From contig NW_014040495.1 in the NCBI RefSeq assembly GCF_001186125.1, positions 68,201-114,574 on the forward strand: a stretch of 46,374 nt of DNA. The letters are read 5' to 3'. The notes below the pieces were generated by a model. The model searched no databases, was not told where the DNA came from, and saw only the letters and a program-made list of their open reading frames with translations. This DNA comes from Sphaeroforma arctica JP610 (lineage: Eukaryota). Shown here one piece after another: positions 1-14,458 of this stretch. Position 1 is the first letter of the stretch. Each line of letters begins with the position of its first letter. The translations under genes were made by a program, and so were the position numbers.

Positions 1-215
<215 letters not shown>

Positions 216-995
216 ATTCTGTGGGCAAATTTCATATTACTTTGTATACAACTTCATTTTTGCTACAGTATCACACGAGAATGCTACGTCAACTGGTGAG
301 ATCACCGTGAAATTCTCTATTAACTTATATCTCCATACACGGTAACCTTATGCAGCTAGATAGATATAAACATACATATACTATCTGATTCTGCTGACGT
401 ACCTATGGTGATATTTGATTATATTCAATCATGAGAGCACGTGTTCGCACTGAACGTTTATTGCTGTGGACATTCATCCTCGACAGTATATGTATTCCTA
501 CCTATAATTTTGAATTAGTTTTTGTTGCTGATCGATGTACAATCTACAACACGTAAACGTTAGCAAATAAATGCCTGCAGACTTGTATGCTGCTTCTATC
601 AAATAATTACGTGATCAAATGAACACTCTTTATAAATACATAAGCAGCATCCGGTTAGGTTTCTTCACAACTCATCTGGCATTCTATTTGCATTCTGAAG
701 CCACACCCGTGTTTCAAGTTTGTACAGGTCCAATGCACGTAGTGACGCATATGCGAACGTATGTATTACACTTGAGTACAGCTATAATGTGCATATCATG
801 TGGTAGATTGTATAAATCGCGATGCCGTCTGTGTCACCAGCAGCAGTGCTTCTGCAGTGGCCATATTTGGGAAAGGGAACTGCACACGGGGCCTGCTCCA
901 TATATCGTTAGTCTTGAGTTGAAATGTAGTCTACCAAAGGATTACCCCCGCTAATACTGGAGGACGCAGCTGACCGGGGACAGTCGAGTGTGCTG

Positions 996-3900
996 TCACC
1001 TGCCGCTCGCAAAAGCGCACGCCAGATACAGCAGAGTAGTGAGGGCACCCAGGATTGCTTCCGCAAACATGTATAGGTACCTATGCGGGTGTTCAACGTA
1101 TATTTAGTGGCGATGTCGTGGTTCAGTCACAAGTATAGAGCTTGCAAGTAGAATCGCTGCAGACAACAGCTAGATTCCGCAAACGCCCCGTGAGTATACA
1201 TTGAATGCGCCGAGGCGTATGCGCCTATAGTAGAAAAAGACCGTCTATATACCAATACATGTGTGATTCTACAATTGACATTTCTGATTCTACAATTGGC
1301 AATGACCTTTGTTACTCACCTCGGAGCCATAACACTCCAGGCGAACAGATGGTGCCGTAGTACAAAGGTTGCCATGCTGATCGTAACCATCAAGGTTGTT
1401 TGTGCACATAAGTTGGTTACGGCGGCCATCAGAATTCTCTTGGAGAATGACAACTCTGCATAGGAGTGATGTTAATATGCACGCATGTGATAGAATGTTT
1501 AAAGATGGGTTCTAAATGAGTGCACTCGGTTACTGTGAGTGATCACCATCAAGTGAGTATCACGGGCACGCTTTGATGGCGAAACATGGGTATAGAGTCC
1601 AGGGATGATAACATACATATAGTGTTTTTCACTGAGAAACATATTCCCCATCAGAATTGGCTGGTCCAAGGCTCTTTAAAACCCGTGACAATTTCATGAG
1701 CGACTCGATTTTTGGAACCGCAGCAGGAATAGTCAGCTAAAGGGCGGTGAAGAATAAAAACTAGTGCCGATGTGTTCTTTACCGGTACATTATTGAAAGT
1801 CCACACGCGCGCGCATTCATAGCACTATGGTATCAAGTAGCGCACAAATGTATGATCGAGCCACATAAACACACTCACTTTGATGCGACGGTCTGTCATC
1901 ATCCCAGGACAGTATCGGTATCAGCGCTAGTGTCCACATCAGGACACCTGTATACGTTATAAACAACGTAAGCGTTCCAGTGTAAACCGGCCCTCCATAC
2001 TCACTGAGCCTACAGCGAAAGTAAAACATGTGTTAAAGATTCAATTGACTATACAAGTTGATATAGCATGTACACCTGATGCACAGCATTTCGAAACTTA
2101 TTATTTTTACGTGCAACTCTGAAGAACGATACAACAGATTTAATCTCAAGGATCAGAATTCGGTCGTATAAACAGAAAACCTAGTGACAAATTTAATCAA
2201 CCTATCCCATTGCGAGAAAAAAAACAATAGTCTACGATGTGCTTGAGTAATAAATGACGTCGATTCCAAGCTTCCAAGCCAGACGGTCATTTTGTTAACG
2301 CACAGCTGCTGAATAGTTGCTAATATAGCAAACCGATGCTAATGGATTCCAAATACATACCCCGTATATGCGCCGCTTATATCGATGGTCGAAATCTTGC
2401 CCGAATTCCCGTATTGGAAGAAGGCGCCTCGTCCTAGCCAGAAGGTCAAAAACACTACCATTGTGGTTAACCGATGTTCGAAATTGTCACCTTTAACTGT
2501 GGGCAACTTTATGGGAAAGATGACAAGTAGTATGTAAGAAACCCTTCTATTTCAGTGTAGTAAGTGCGAGAAATCTCCGTTAAACTAATTCTGGGGTACG
2601 GCGAACAAAGGTAAATCGAAATTTGCTAGTATGTCAGCTTATAGCAAGTACAATGGAAATTCTTCCCAACTCATAAATACTCTCACAAACTTTCTCTCAC
2701 ATATTTCAAGTCAGTCACACTCAATAAGGTGTACAAACGTACTCAAATAAACTCAAAGATATTCACACACTCATACCAACTCGATATCCTCATTACTTAC
2801 TTATTCTAGGTCACAAATTTGAAGTCACCAACATGTACTCACTACTCTCTCGTGCTGTGTCACATACACATCGTAAGTAGTTAGCTCACTCGTCCTAACA
2901 CATCATCCTACTATGTTGACCCAACTCACCGTTGGACGGAATCGCATCATGCTACTCGCCCATTTGCGAAGTGCCCAGAACTGCACCAACTGAAGAGGGA
3001 TGAGTGGCAAATTGTGTGTCCGATGTAGCAGCAGTGCCAAAAGCACTAGCACACACAGAACATCGTTGATCAGCGCAGCTAGCAACCCTGAAACGGTGAG
3101 AGAAGAAAAGCGGAGATTAAGGGGGGGGGGGGGGGGTTCGTTACATTGTGAATTATCCCTAAGGATTCAAATCAAGGTCTGTGGACTCGACGTACAGAAA
3201 GTTCTGAAGTACTGTCCACAGGTAACATACTCGAGCACCGAGTGTACAAATTCTAGGAATATACGATGTGAGGGTGTGAGTGATATAAGTTTCGTTATAT
3301 GTATTCAATTGAACATGTGTAGCGGAATATGGCCGGTTCCTTTAATAAAGCTAACATCACACACCTTCATTGAGTCTGTCGCTAGTGGTTGGCTTCATCT
3401 GAAACCGTAGAATACACCGCATGGCGGCTATCACACTTGCCGATGCGATGAAGAAAAATCCTATCTGGGCTATTCTTACTATGGAGTTTCCTATTAACCT
3501 GTTTACAAGCAAGTGGCCGCGGCACGTGATGAGAGTTTTGGCGCACTGCCTCAATCAATGAGTTTGTATATTTGTAAAACACTTGAGATTTCAGCAGTTA
3601 TTTTTGCTGGACACACCGCAGTGTCGTGTAGTGCTGAGAATGAATTATGCATGCGAAAGTATTGGTATTGGCAGTTTTCGCAGATTCAGGATGTTCTGGT
3701 CCACTTCGTCCAGACAAAAGCAAATATGGCCAAACTACTGCGTACAATCGCGGATCCAAACCTGTCGTTGTGAAGTCAGGATACACAATCAAGATGTACA
3801 CAACGCTCACATGCTGGCACTTTAGAACTCCAGATGACACATTTGGAGGTAGGTTTCCTATCAAAAAGTGATATGCTAAGAATACAACATTTGTCATACC

Positions 3901-6900
3901 AGCCACAGATGTCAACCAGTCCTGCCACCATCATTCCCACCATTCGATCAATCACATTATGTGGTCCGTTGCTCAGACTCTTCAAGCGGAGCTTGTCATA
4001 CAATCCAGAGCTCTTCATGTGGTACACAAAGGCGCACAGGCATGCATATAGGCACACTATCGTCCAGCAAACGTCCAGATTCTTTGACCACGGGTGAGTG
4101 CGTGTGATAGCCGTCATACCTACACTGGAAGTATTTTTTTCTGCAGTTCGTGACCTGTCACCTTTCTCTCGCATGTCGTTCTTGCCGGTCAATGCTGCTT
4201 GGTGAGCCAGATTACGGTGCGACTTTCTGGAGGGAATATCGATCTTATTGGATACACCAGCCACGCATACCATTGAAAGTCCTACCAATACTGAAGAGAG
4301 AGGATTGAGATGGACAGACAGATTAATGACCTATGTTGAACAGATGAAGACACTTGCGCAATACGTTGCTGAAACTTCAAAATATTGTGAATACCCAAAC
4401 AGCGTATTGAAGCGTGGCATGGAAATCTTAAAATTGCTATCAAGTATGCTGGGGATGAAATTAAAAGTGATACTCAACAGCGATATCGATGTTTGGTTCG
4501 ATACATATAATATTTTGCGATATTTTACAACGCACAACTCATAAGTTTTCGATGGAGCCATTGGAAACAAATCTCACCTGCATACAAAATGGCATGCTCG
4601 TCTCGTTCTAGCCAAACGCGCATGTCTGGACTACCTCTCCATTTGTCGCCCGTTTGATTGTACGCACGTAGTATCCTGGTTGCTATCATCAGCGCGAATG
4701 GTGGTATGAATCTGGAGAAATGGTTGCGTTGTAGCCGCTGTTGTGCTGGCGATGTATGTGGGAGCGAAATTCCGGTAAGTGCTCGATATATGAATGCTTT
4801 TTATCAAAGGCAACTTGGAAAATATAGTATCCCGCCAGTGGAAAGTGCATATAATAATACACTTCCTTTGTACCCATAAATCAACCTACAATACGAAAGC
4901 GCATAATTCACTGGTGAACACCTGAACCCGCATAGACTTCGCGATCACCTCAGGTTGTATCCAACTTTCGAGCCTATCACTTGACATGATAAGCTTGCCT
5001 ATACAGAGACTGAAGTGACGACTATTCTCCACCCATGAATAAGCACAAAAATACTGCTTTACCGCCTTCAATGCAGATGACAGCACTAAACGGGTCAGTG
5101 ATAATTTGCAGGCGCGCGATAGACATGGTCATCTTTGTTACGCTTTTTATTGTGCACATCCAGCCACAGAAACGTTTAAATCAGACGGTACCAGTACACC
5201 CTCACAACAGCACAAAAAAGACCTACATTTGAAAAACTCAAGCAAGACAGCAAAGGCTTGATAGGTGTGTGCCGTAGACAGTGTGTAGTAAATGATCTCG
5301 TGCTCCTCCTCGACGAAACTAGTGGAGAACATCATCATCGCATGGACGCACACAGCTATACACAACGGCGCATTAGTGGTTCTGTACCATCTTCTCATGA
5401 CCTGGATCTCATGTAATAGTACCGGCAATAATCAAATATTCGGGAGCGCAAAATGTAGTAGAAGCTTTTCATATCGATGCTTGTGGCGCACGTGAAAGAA
5501 AACTCAAGAGTCATTCGAACTTTTGTCTTTTACATATACACCTAAAGTTGATTATTCGAACTGACAATTCCAACTTGAAATCTTATCAGAACAAACTTAC
5601 CAGCCATATGCTCTCACAGTCAGACGAGCGATGTATTCCAATCCCCACACTGCATAGCAATACGATTATATAAAGCATCATCCAGGTCCACGCGATATCC
5701 ATAGAGCTTGAAGGTTGTGATGAACGAGGAATGGAGTGATTATATCTCCAAGCGAAAGCCGACATTGTTTCGTGGGAAGGGACATCTTGATACATACGTA
5801 TGTGTAGTTGAAGCTTGTAATGAACAACGACGGTAGTGATTGGGAAGATCTGGAACATGGAAGTTGTTTCATGCATGAGTTTCAGTCCACCAAAAGGTAT
5901 TTCACAGAAAATCACACTATGGCCAAGTATCAAGCACGCGAGGGCATCGCTGATAATTAAGAATGAATTGACTGGAAAATACACTTGATTGACAAACTGT
6001 ATTGCACGCGTACGAATAGTTCACCCAGACATCGGATATACCGGTCACCACGGGAATGTATGAAATTGGAAGTTGAGAGCTCGAGCAAGCTTTGCGTCCA
6101 TCACCATACCTGGACAGGAAATCAAATGAATCACCTACATCCCACCACTTAAGCGCATTCGACAGACGCTCGAATCCATGCAACGACGATTGTGCGACTG
6201 CATATCCCACCCCAAGTGACCATACACTACGTGACAGCAACAGGGCTAACCAAACACCCGAAGAGATCAGTGCACTGCGTACAAACACTTGCACATTGAT
6301 TAATTCGATGGTAGCTATATCTGCACCACTCACCACCCGGGTGCGCCCAGAGTCCGTGCGAATTGACGCTTGCTTGTGGGTGGTAGGCTGTGCATCAGTG
6401 GGAGTGTAGTGATTCTGTGTCTTGTCGGAGGCAGCAGAAAAGCTTGCGTATGAGATAACCAGGACCACTAAAGCAACGGTAAGTAAGCACACACTTCGGA
6501 TCATATCGAACTCCACATAACCTGTGAAGGCCTGAAGTGCCTCCTCGTGCAGTGTTTGCATGATCTCCTCATATCTAGTCAGGATGTTCACAAACAATTC
6601 TGATTCACGATCGCTGTTTCCATTGCCATCCCGATTTTGCGCTCGATTGGCAGTTTCTGACCCATCAGTGTCTTCGGCCATGGTAGCAACATACTCGAGA
6701 TACTGGGCATGCAAGACAACAGCCCGATCATAGGCTTCTGACAGTTCCACGAGCTTCTGGCCCACTACGGCATTGCTCACGTGCAAGAACCTGAGCATCT
6801 GGAAGGTATTGCACTGCGCGAATCGAAGCCGTTCAGTGCGAGTGAGATGCTCAGAGAGAAAGCTTTGTATGCCGATACCAACGCTCTCTTGTGGTATGGG

Positions 6901-9900
6901 CAGGCCAAAGAGTGCCGCGATGGTGGGCACTATATCGGTCTGGTCAACCGTACTTGGTCTGAAGATATAGTCGCCCGTCTTAGTGTTAGCATCGGTATCG
7001 TTGGTGTGGGTACTTTGTGATGGTGTGATGAACAATAGTGCTGTTGATATCTCCAAATCAGAGTTTCCTCCATGATTCCCCGCCGATGTCATTCCGTGGT
7101 CGCCCAAGATGACAAACAGGGTGGGTAGACGTTTAGGATGTGCCTGGTGGATGAGTGGGAGAAGGATGAAAGTTTTAAGTACAGGGATATCAGTTGCATT
7201 GCGATTTTCTTGGCGGCTCTATCCTGTATGTGGGATTGCCGTGCCGATGGGAGTGAAGCAAGTACACTGACTATATTTGAACAATTTCTACGAATACAGC
7301 ACAATCCGATATCTGTTCGAGATGCACTAAAGCATCAATCACAAACCTGTCACGACAGTAGAAACGACAGCTTATATATACTGAGGAGTAGGATAAACAT
7401 ACCTGATCAGCTATTGCACATCCTCTAGTGATCCTTTCAATAATAGCGTCCATTTCGCTCAGTTTGGGAGGCAGTAATGGGCTTTGTGGTCCCATGAGAT
7501 GACCGATGTGATCGACACCCAGGTAATGCAAAATCAGAACATGCCAATCAGGGGCTACCAACTCGGAGTCAACTGTCCACAGAATGTGCAAATGACACGT
7601 ACATGAGTTTGTCATATGATGAGTATGTCATACGCGTGCACTTTAATAATAAACAACCTATCAAACATCAGATCTTCCATGTACTTGAGGTGCGTTGAAC
7701 GATTCCTACCCACAAGCATCGCTCAGGCTAACACAACCAACTACCTCCCAAGAAGATTCAAAGATAAAGATTGAACCACATTTCAAGAATCTGCTGCAAC
7801 TAGATTGACCTACTGTGTCTTGTCACGTTGTTATCTACTTCAGTGTAGTCCGCCACGAAGAAGGAATTCGTTCCTTCAAAGCGCGAAAATTCGCGTGGGA
7901 ACATTTTGAGCCAGGTGTCATCGCCGTAGTGTACGAGGCGCTTGCCCAATTTGTCGAACTGGTATATCTGTACGTCAAGCGAGATAGAGGTGTACACGGT
8001 GAGTGTGCGGTATGGATGATTGATAATCATCCTAGAGAATGGGCTGGGAGCATGCACGATATGTTTATACCCGCATTGAAGCGACCACATCAATCGGCAC
8101 GCCGCCAGATATGAGGGTTTTATGTGTAACCTTAATACCAAAATAAATAAATTAGATTGTATCGCATTAGTGAGCGCGTGGCTCTGCATTCCTGTTATAC
8201 CAAGCTATGTCACAAAAATGCACACGTTTATATAGTATTTAGAAAGTACATCAAGGACAGACCTACCAGATTGTCCATCTTCAGTTCAGATGAATCCAAA
8301 TTGAATGCTAAGTCGATAAACCCCGGAATACCTCCTGTAATCAGTGCCTATAAGATCCATGAATAAATACCAAATTTATCGTGAGACGTGCCATGAAGTG
8401 GTGCACAAAATATCACGTGATGTTTTTAATTCGTATGGAATGACATTCAAAGAAGTGTATGTTGTTGCCTACTCTACAAAGAACAGATACTGTATCTTGG
8501 TTGCTGACAACCCAACTGATCATAAGAATACTCGCATTTTCACCCGACATGTACGTATATACATATATAAGTTTCTGTCACACGATGTACAATCTCGATG
8601 ATTTACCTTCAGGCGCGGCAGGGTAACCGTGGGCATTCGCGCCTTCGCAACGTAGCTTGTGGCCTGCCCTTTCTCCTGAAACTTACGCACATGGTCAAAT
8701 GGACTGTCATTGTCGAAGACAAAATCAGATCGCAGAGCATCCACCACCATGAGCACCACTCGCCCGTACTTTGTATTGTAGCCCAGTCCTGTGGACACAT
8801 CTGCCAATGGGATCAACGGCGGATTAGCAAACCTGCAACAATCAAGAAATTACTATTGCATTCACCCGTATCGCGGTTATCGGCTGCATACTATACTTCA
8901 TGTAGTCGGGTGCGAGGCAAGGCTATAGTTTGATTGATGACGTTTTGTTTAATCAGTGATAGACTACATAGAGTCTGCGTGCGATAAGTGTTGCAAAATC
9001 AGAGAACTACAGATCGATAACCGATTGTCGACAAGAGGGATATCAGAGGGCATAGTAACGCAAAATACCAAATGCGCTACCAAAAAATTACATTAAGTGC
9101 AGTGGTTTATCGTCGAACAAGAGTGCTATCATGACAGATGTGACTTGCTTACACAATATTTGCCTCTATAAACTCGAATGTTGGCGAGAGTGCTAAGGCG
9201 CGCCTGACAAACATTGTCCTTAGATAAGTCAAAATTAATGCACGTGGTGCTTGTATTATCTATTCAAACTATGATTCGAAAGTTGGGGATCCCACGTAAA
9301 AGTAGTTTGAAACACTAGAGGTGAAGATGCTGCTGAGGAACACTACGTTATCGTACATCCTCTAGCAGAAGAAATTAGGGTACAATAACCGCAAACGAAG
9401 CACGTAGCATGGAAATCTCCCATTATCACACAGAGTTATGTTGTACGCCTTGTCTGCATTTTGTATGAAGATTCGGTACAGTTGTGATACGATATTTGCG
9501 TGTGGTTCCTGTCACAGTGGCCAAAAAAAGCTTCAGGGCTAATCCCAGCGAATTGAGAGACGGGACGAGCAGATACTCACTGGTTATGTCACATCTAAAA
9601 AAACACGTTCCTGACCTATTAGCATTGCAAGTCTGAGTTCAGGGGCCAGCGAAATCCTCAGATAGAATCGAAGTTAATAAATAATAAACAGTACTTGCAC
9701 GAGTTCTTGAGCTCAGTATATTAATGCGTCAATTCACAATTCTAACACTCTCGTCGCGCTCCATCCAGGTTCGCCAAAACACTAAATACGTATGTAAGCA
9801 ACTTTAATGACCCGGGCTGTGACATCTATCGTTCCCGATATATCCGTATGCAAAATACGTATTGTAATCAGATATACACACAGGGTTTGATTCTTATAAG

Positions 9901-10271
9901 GTGCCCGAAAAGGTCTTTGTAGCGCTTCTGATTTGCTGCATCGAGTGCATTGAACTTTCGTTTGCCGTGTGTACATAAAATGGCATCCTTTACAATATCA
10001 GTATAAATGGTTGAGTACGTTGACCTGGACTCCTGCGTATAACTCCAAAATGCACACTACATTTGAGAGTCTTGCTGCATTACATACTTAAAGATTGGGA
10101 CAGCACTGAGTCTTCGTACGAAACCGGCGGTGGGCCAGGAGCAGAGGCAACACTTGCATTCCCCTCCAAAGGTGGCTTACTGGGGAAGAAGGCTAGCAAG
10201 AACTGTGCAACACTGATTGTCTGTGCTACAATACATACGCACAGCAGTATAGCTGCAGCTAAGGCACGCAT
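996..10271 (-). CDS. PIGG: GPI ethanolamine phosphate transferase 2 (PIGG/GPI7), ~16 exons
   Basis: Phase-compatible GT-AG exons: 10271-10088, 8832-8607, 8347-8267, 7967-7814, 7572-7403, 7143-6110, (acceptor uncertain, ~5950/5916/5707)-5601, 5401-5227, 4745-4578, 4290-3900, 3498-3365, 3087-2930, 2506-2361, 2009-1879, 1455-1320, 1080-996. Motifs: FLLAFFPSK, MVVDALRSDF, PTVTLPRLKALITG, YGDDTWLKMFP, HYLGVDHIGH, GDHGMTSAGNHGG, SFVEEEH, RAYNQTGDKW, LLHRTHN, GNSGKISTIDIS, LRHHLFAWSVMAPR. Confidence 0.93.
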
Positions 10272-10804
10272 CGTGCTTTATATTGCGAGCGACAGGATAT
10301 CAGAGTATTGTACTATTGTGAGGTTCTAACCTTAGTACTTTTTTTTCAGTGTATCCGTAAACTACATCTTAGTTGTATGCGCCAAACAACCATTACTTCA
10401 GACGCCTTCTATATAAGTATAACACAGTGGCAATCACCCCCTACATATATCTTCTATAACTATAACAGCGACAGTCACTTCTGCATACATCTACCTTCTA
10501 CAACTAGTATAACACATTGGCAATCACCAGTTCACCACTGCTATTGTGCAGTCATGTTGATTGATTTATCTTTTGTTCTATTTATTTTTTAATTTCATTT
10601 TATTTCGTGGCAAACCGTCAATTTCAACCAGTCGCAGCCCCGCCAAACTCCGATATGTCCTTTTTAAGCGAAGCGGCAAACCCCTGCTGGCTGTCTGCTG
10701 ATGAAATAGAATATTTACCAATATTTTGCTTTGAATACATAAATATATCGACCAGAGCATTACCGTAGGGCTATTTATTAGTTACGTGTGGTCGTGTTGA
10801 CAAG
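10272..10804. promoter_or_regulatory. Putative bidirectional promoter between PIGG and centrin
   Basis: About 530 bp between divergent start codons (10271 minus, 10805 plus); contains a degenerate ~45-bp tandem repeat (10405-10530). Confidence 0.5.
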
Positions 10805-13800
10805 ATGGTAAGTGAACAATATTGTATTTATGTACTTGGGCGGATCACTGTGGTAAGGACATACAACCATGAATACACTAGAATGGCTATGGATTTATGG
10901 AGACGGGGGTCAGCGTGTATTTTGCCGCTGTATGTGTTGTACATGGGATCATATTGTTTGAACAACCTAAACTATGCCGCACACGAAAGTGTGAACGGAT
11001 ACCTTTATGGTTGACGGGCAGGAGATACGAGAACGCATAGGGGGTAGTAAGCACTTTGATGAAGCTAAGTATTGTTCTCGCTCACTATGATATTGCGTAG
11101 CGGTATAGACATTGTTGCAAGTATACAAAGGGACTGAAATGTTAACAAGTGTTCGTGGTTAAATATACAGAAGCATAGCAATTATTTCAAATTTGTCGCA
11201 GGTATACAATGAGTTTGCTCTCTGAGATATGCTATATTAGTACGTACGTTCATGCCGTTTGAACTGCTACGCTAAGTGTGGCGATTTTATACAACGTTTT
11301 ATGTGGATTAGTGGATGCAGAAGCAATTGTCAGAGTTTTGTCAGACATTGCGATCCACTAGCATACAATCGTCGAGATTGCATATCAGCATGCTCGTCTG
11401 TGTACATTAAGGCCGCTAGCAGCAATATCATCATCGATATCTTTATATCGCCTCCGTTGTTCTCGTACGACCCCACATCATTTCACACCAATAATTGAAG
11501 TGTCAATCTGAATACTTTATTTTTCGCTTTTGATAGAGATCGAAAGACCAGATAGCAGTTCTTGCTTCGCATTCTATCAATGTGGAGATACCTGATGAAA
11601 TAAACTGTTATCGTACTGATTTGATTTCAACTATGCGATTTGTATAGCAATACAGATATCAAGATATATAATCACCAGAAACCTGAACTCACCCTATGTC
11701 AGAATATGTTATTGACCGTATCGTTTTTCGTCCGCATTCTTACATGTCGAGCAGCCGCCGAAGAAAAGGAAAGCGAGTGGAAAGAGGGCTGTACCACCCA
11801 AGGTTAGTGGTAGATGTTTTTTATTAGATTCCAGTTGCAAATTGGCCCTATTTATTCTGGGATAGAGCCATGTAGGAATATATTGGAAGTCAAGTGCGAC
11901 CCTGTGACATATATTCGTAGCGTTTGCGGTCATAAGCCGCTTTTCCAAAGTGTTTAAAGTGTGGGCTTTTCCAAAGTGTTTAAAGTGTGGTAGATGTAGT
12001 GTAGGGCGTTCATATGTTCCGAATACTCTTTATGTCGCGCATATATTATCTGTTTGGTAGTCTACGTATGAATTTTTGTTGGCTACTTTGTCATGAGGAC
12101 TTAAATGGCGTTTACTATTTAGTTTTAGCTCATAACCTGAGGCTTGTCGCGTATCGTTTACTAGTTCTGACTGGTGTGGTTGATTTTCCCCACATTGCTC
12201 ACAGTCAACAGCGCGTCAGATTTTAGTGTTGAAATGCACGTCCCCAGTTGGCCGATGATTTCCTTGAAGGGTAGCAATGCGTGCACACATACAATCTCAG
12301 ATTAGTCTTTTAAAAAACAATGTCGAACTCGCAATTGAATGAATCGAAAAATTAAGAATCGATGGATGTGCTGCCTGACTGTAAAAGCATCACTTTCACT
12401 TATACTACTCCTGTGCGCTCACAGATACTTGGGCCGCAGTTGAGTGCTGAGCAGAAGATTGAGTTAAAACAAGCATTCGACCTGTTTGATTTGGATGGAG
12501 CTAATGAAATGGTACACCAATCGAATCCTCCTGGTATATGCATAGTTCGGTTCTGTGGAAGGCGTGCTCTGAGCTACTTGTGGCATGCGCGAGTTTGTTA
12601 ATTTGTCTTTGTGCTTAAGCATGATTACTCTCTCATATCCATGTACCCTCATTCAATATTTATGTGTCTCTCGGGCGGTTGCATGTACGCATATATGCTT
12701 GTGCATTGCCTTGCAGATCATTTCTCTCGTCTCAAATTCAGTCGTTATGTGTATTAGACATGTACAAAACGATCTGAATTTCATGAATGAGACTTAATTG
12801 GCATTGCACTAATGCAGGATGCGTCACAGTTGAAGATGGCCATGGTCACACTCGGCACGCCCGAGTGCACAGACAAAGAAATCGATAGCATTATAGAGGA
12901 CTTTGACGCAGACGGCAGCGGCAAAATCAATTTTCAGGATTTTGTTATCATAATGACTGGAAAATTGGTGAGTTTCGGTCCTTATTCCATATTCCTTGTA
13001 GTGAAGCCGGCGAATGATCAAATTTGCTCACATTGTGCACTTAGATGGTGATCGTGATGTAAAACTACAAGAATTTGACTACCTTGAAATTGTGGCTGTA
13101 GGATGTGCAATAAGGTTTGTGCCTCAGTAATAGTTTGTCTCGCTCGCGAATATTCTCGATTCTCATGTTTGTGCAATATGGCTAGGTCAATGGTGTTGCG
13201 TTTTTGTTTTCACGCAAGTCGGCTATTTTTAATATAAACGTATCGTGTGGTCATTTCACATCTATTACTCACTTTAAGTTGGAGTTGCAGGAAAGTCTGC
13301 ACAAAGCCCGAAAACATTTGTATATTTGTTTGGAGATCCCAATACTCTGATATTTTTCCCATTTAATTCATTTGCGTTTTGTTTCACTCCAATTCAGAGT
13401 GAGAAAGATGGTATGCAGGATATTCTCACTGCGTTTAGCCTGTTCGACGACGACAACACAGGTAATTGCGTGTTTTTTGTTTTTTTTTTGCGCTAAAGAT
13501 GCGCTCGGTATCATCAAAGAATCGTGTGCACTTACTCATTAGCTCACTTGTGCTACAATTGTTAATATCGCTAATTTGGAATTAATTCTACTTCATGCAG
13601 GAAAAATTACTCTAAAGAATCTGAAAAAGGTTGCGCTCGAGCTGGGTGGCGATATGCAAGAAGCCGAGTTGTTGGTATGTGTGACAGTCTTATTGTTGCG
13701 AATCATTATTTTTATGGGCGAAATTGATATCTGCATACCATGCTCGACGCTCATTCCTGGTTACCAACTCCGATATGAACCTTTCATTCGCACAGGCAAT

Positions 13801-13882
13801 GATCAAAGAGGCTGACACGAACAATGATGGCGAAGTTAGCAAGGACGAATTTATCAATCTCATGATGAAAGTTTCCTTATAG
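10805..13882 (+). CDS. Centrin (EF-hand protein), 7 coding exons
   Basis: ATG|gtaagt at 10805-10807, then exons 11755-11802, 12425-12511, 12818-12967, 13398-13461, 13601-13674, 13796-13882. Product: MPPKKRKASGKRAVPPKILGPQLSAEQKIELKQAFDLFD...FDDDNTGKITLKNLKKVALELG...AMIKEADTNNDGEVSKDEF. The basic N-terminal extension and GKITLKNLKKVA.ELG are centrin hallmarks. The ATG-only first exon is inferred. Confidence 0.9.
11939..11990. repeat. 26-bp perfect tandem duplication in centrin intron
   Basis: gcttttccaaagtgtttaaagtgtgg x2. Confidence 0.9.
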
Positions 13883-14458
13883 CCGTTTGGCGAGTGCAAT
13901 CAATGGCTTTTATAAGTCCTCCAAGATGTATGTACTCATCACACTCACATCCTACAGCACGAATCCCATGATAGTCGCCCGCTGCTGTGTCTCAGAAGTA
14001 GATTGTATCCACATGCCTCATTGTTACCTTACTGTTATGCACAGCGAAGTGTCTAATGTAGTAGAAGCACGAGAACACTTATACGTGCAGAAGGTCCGCC
14101 ATTATTACAGGCGTGTTATCAGTATTGTTGGCTGGTGACACGCGGCCTGTGGTTCACTTGGGTTACTGAGAGTACCGAACTCTATGAGCGGTGGTTCGGA
14201 TAAATTACGTGCCCTGTGAGGGCGAGAATCTCAGGTTCGACAATTCTTTTCTCGCACTTTGTGAGCTCGGAATGGATGAGTGCAATTCGCAGTCACACGG
14301 AGTTTCAATCCAGCCGTACCGTCGATCTATCCACATATAATACGCCAGAGACTATAGGCATAGAGCGCACAGCAGCTTACATTGATAAGTGAGATAAAAG
14401 CAGCTTTCGGCCTGACAACCTCGTTTGCAGCAACGATTGCTCTTGACCAACATGCATA

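Noticed and set aside
3121..3136. G16 run as a G-quadruplex element
   Set aside because: On the transcribed strand it is a C-run in the pyrimidine-rich region before a PIGG acceptor; a simple homopolymer.
3357..4880. Plus-strand ORFs suggesting a nested gene or element within PIGG
   Set aside because: The region is explained by minus-strand PIGG exons (4745-4578, 4290-3900, 3498-3365); the plus-strand ORFs have no recognisable motifs.
4886..5086. Minus-strand ORF as an extra PIGG exon
   Set aside because: Donor 5226 joins acceptor 4746 in phase without it, and the peptide has no PIGG motif.
14190..14250. tRNA-His-like stem (gccc tgtga gggc) followed by GGTTCGA
   Set aside because: T-stem and acceptor stem do not pair; at most a remnant.
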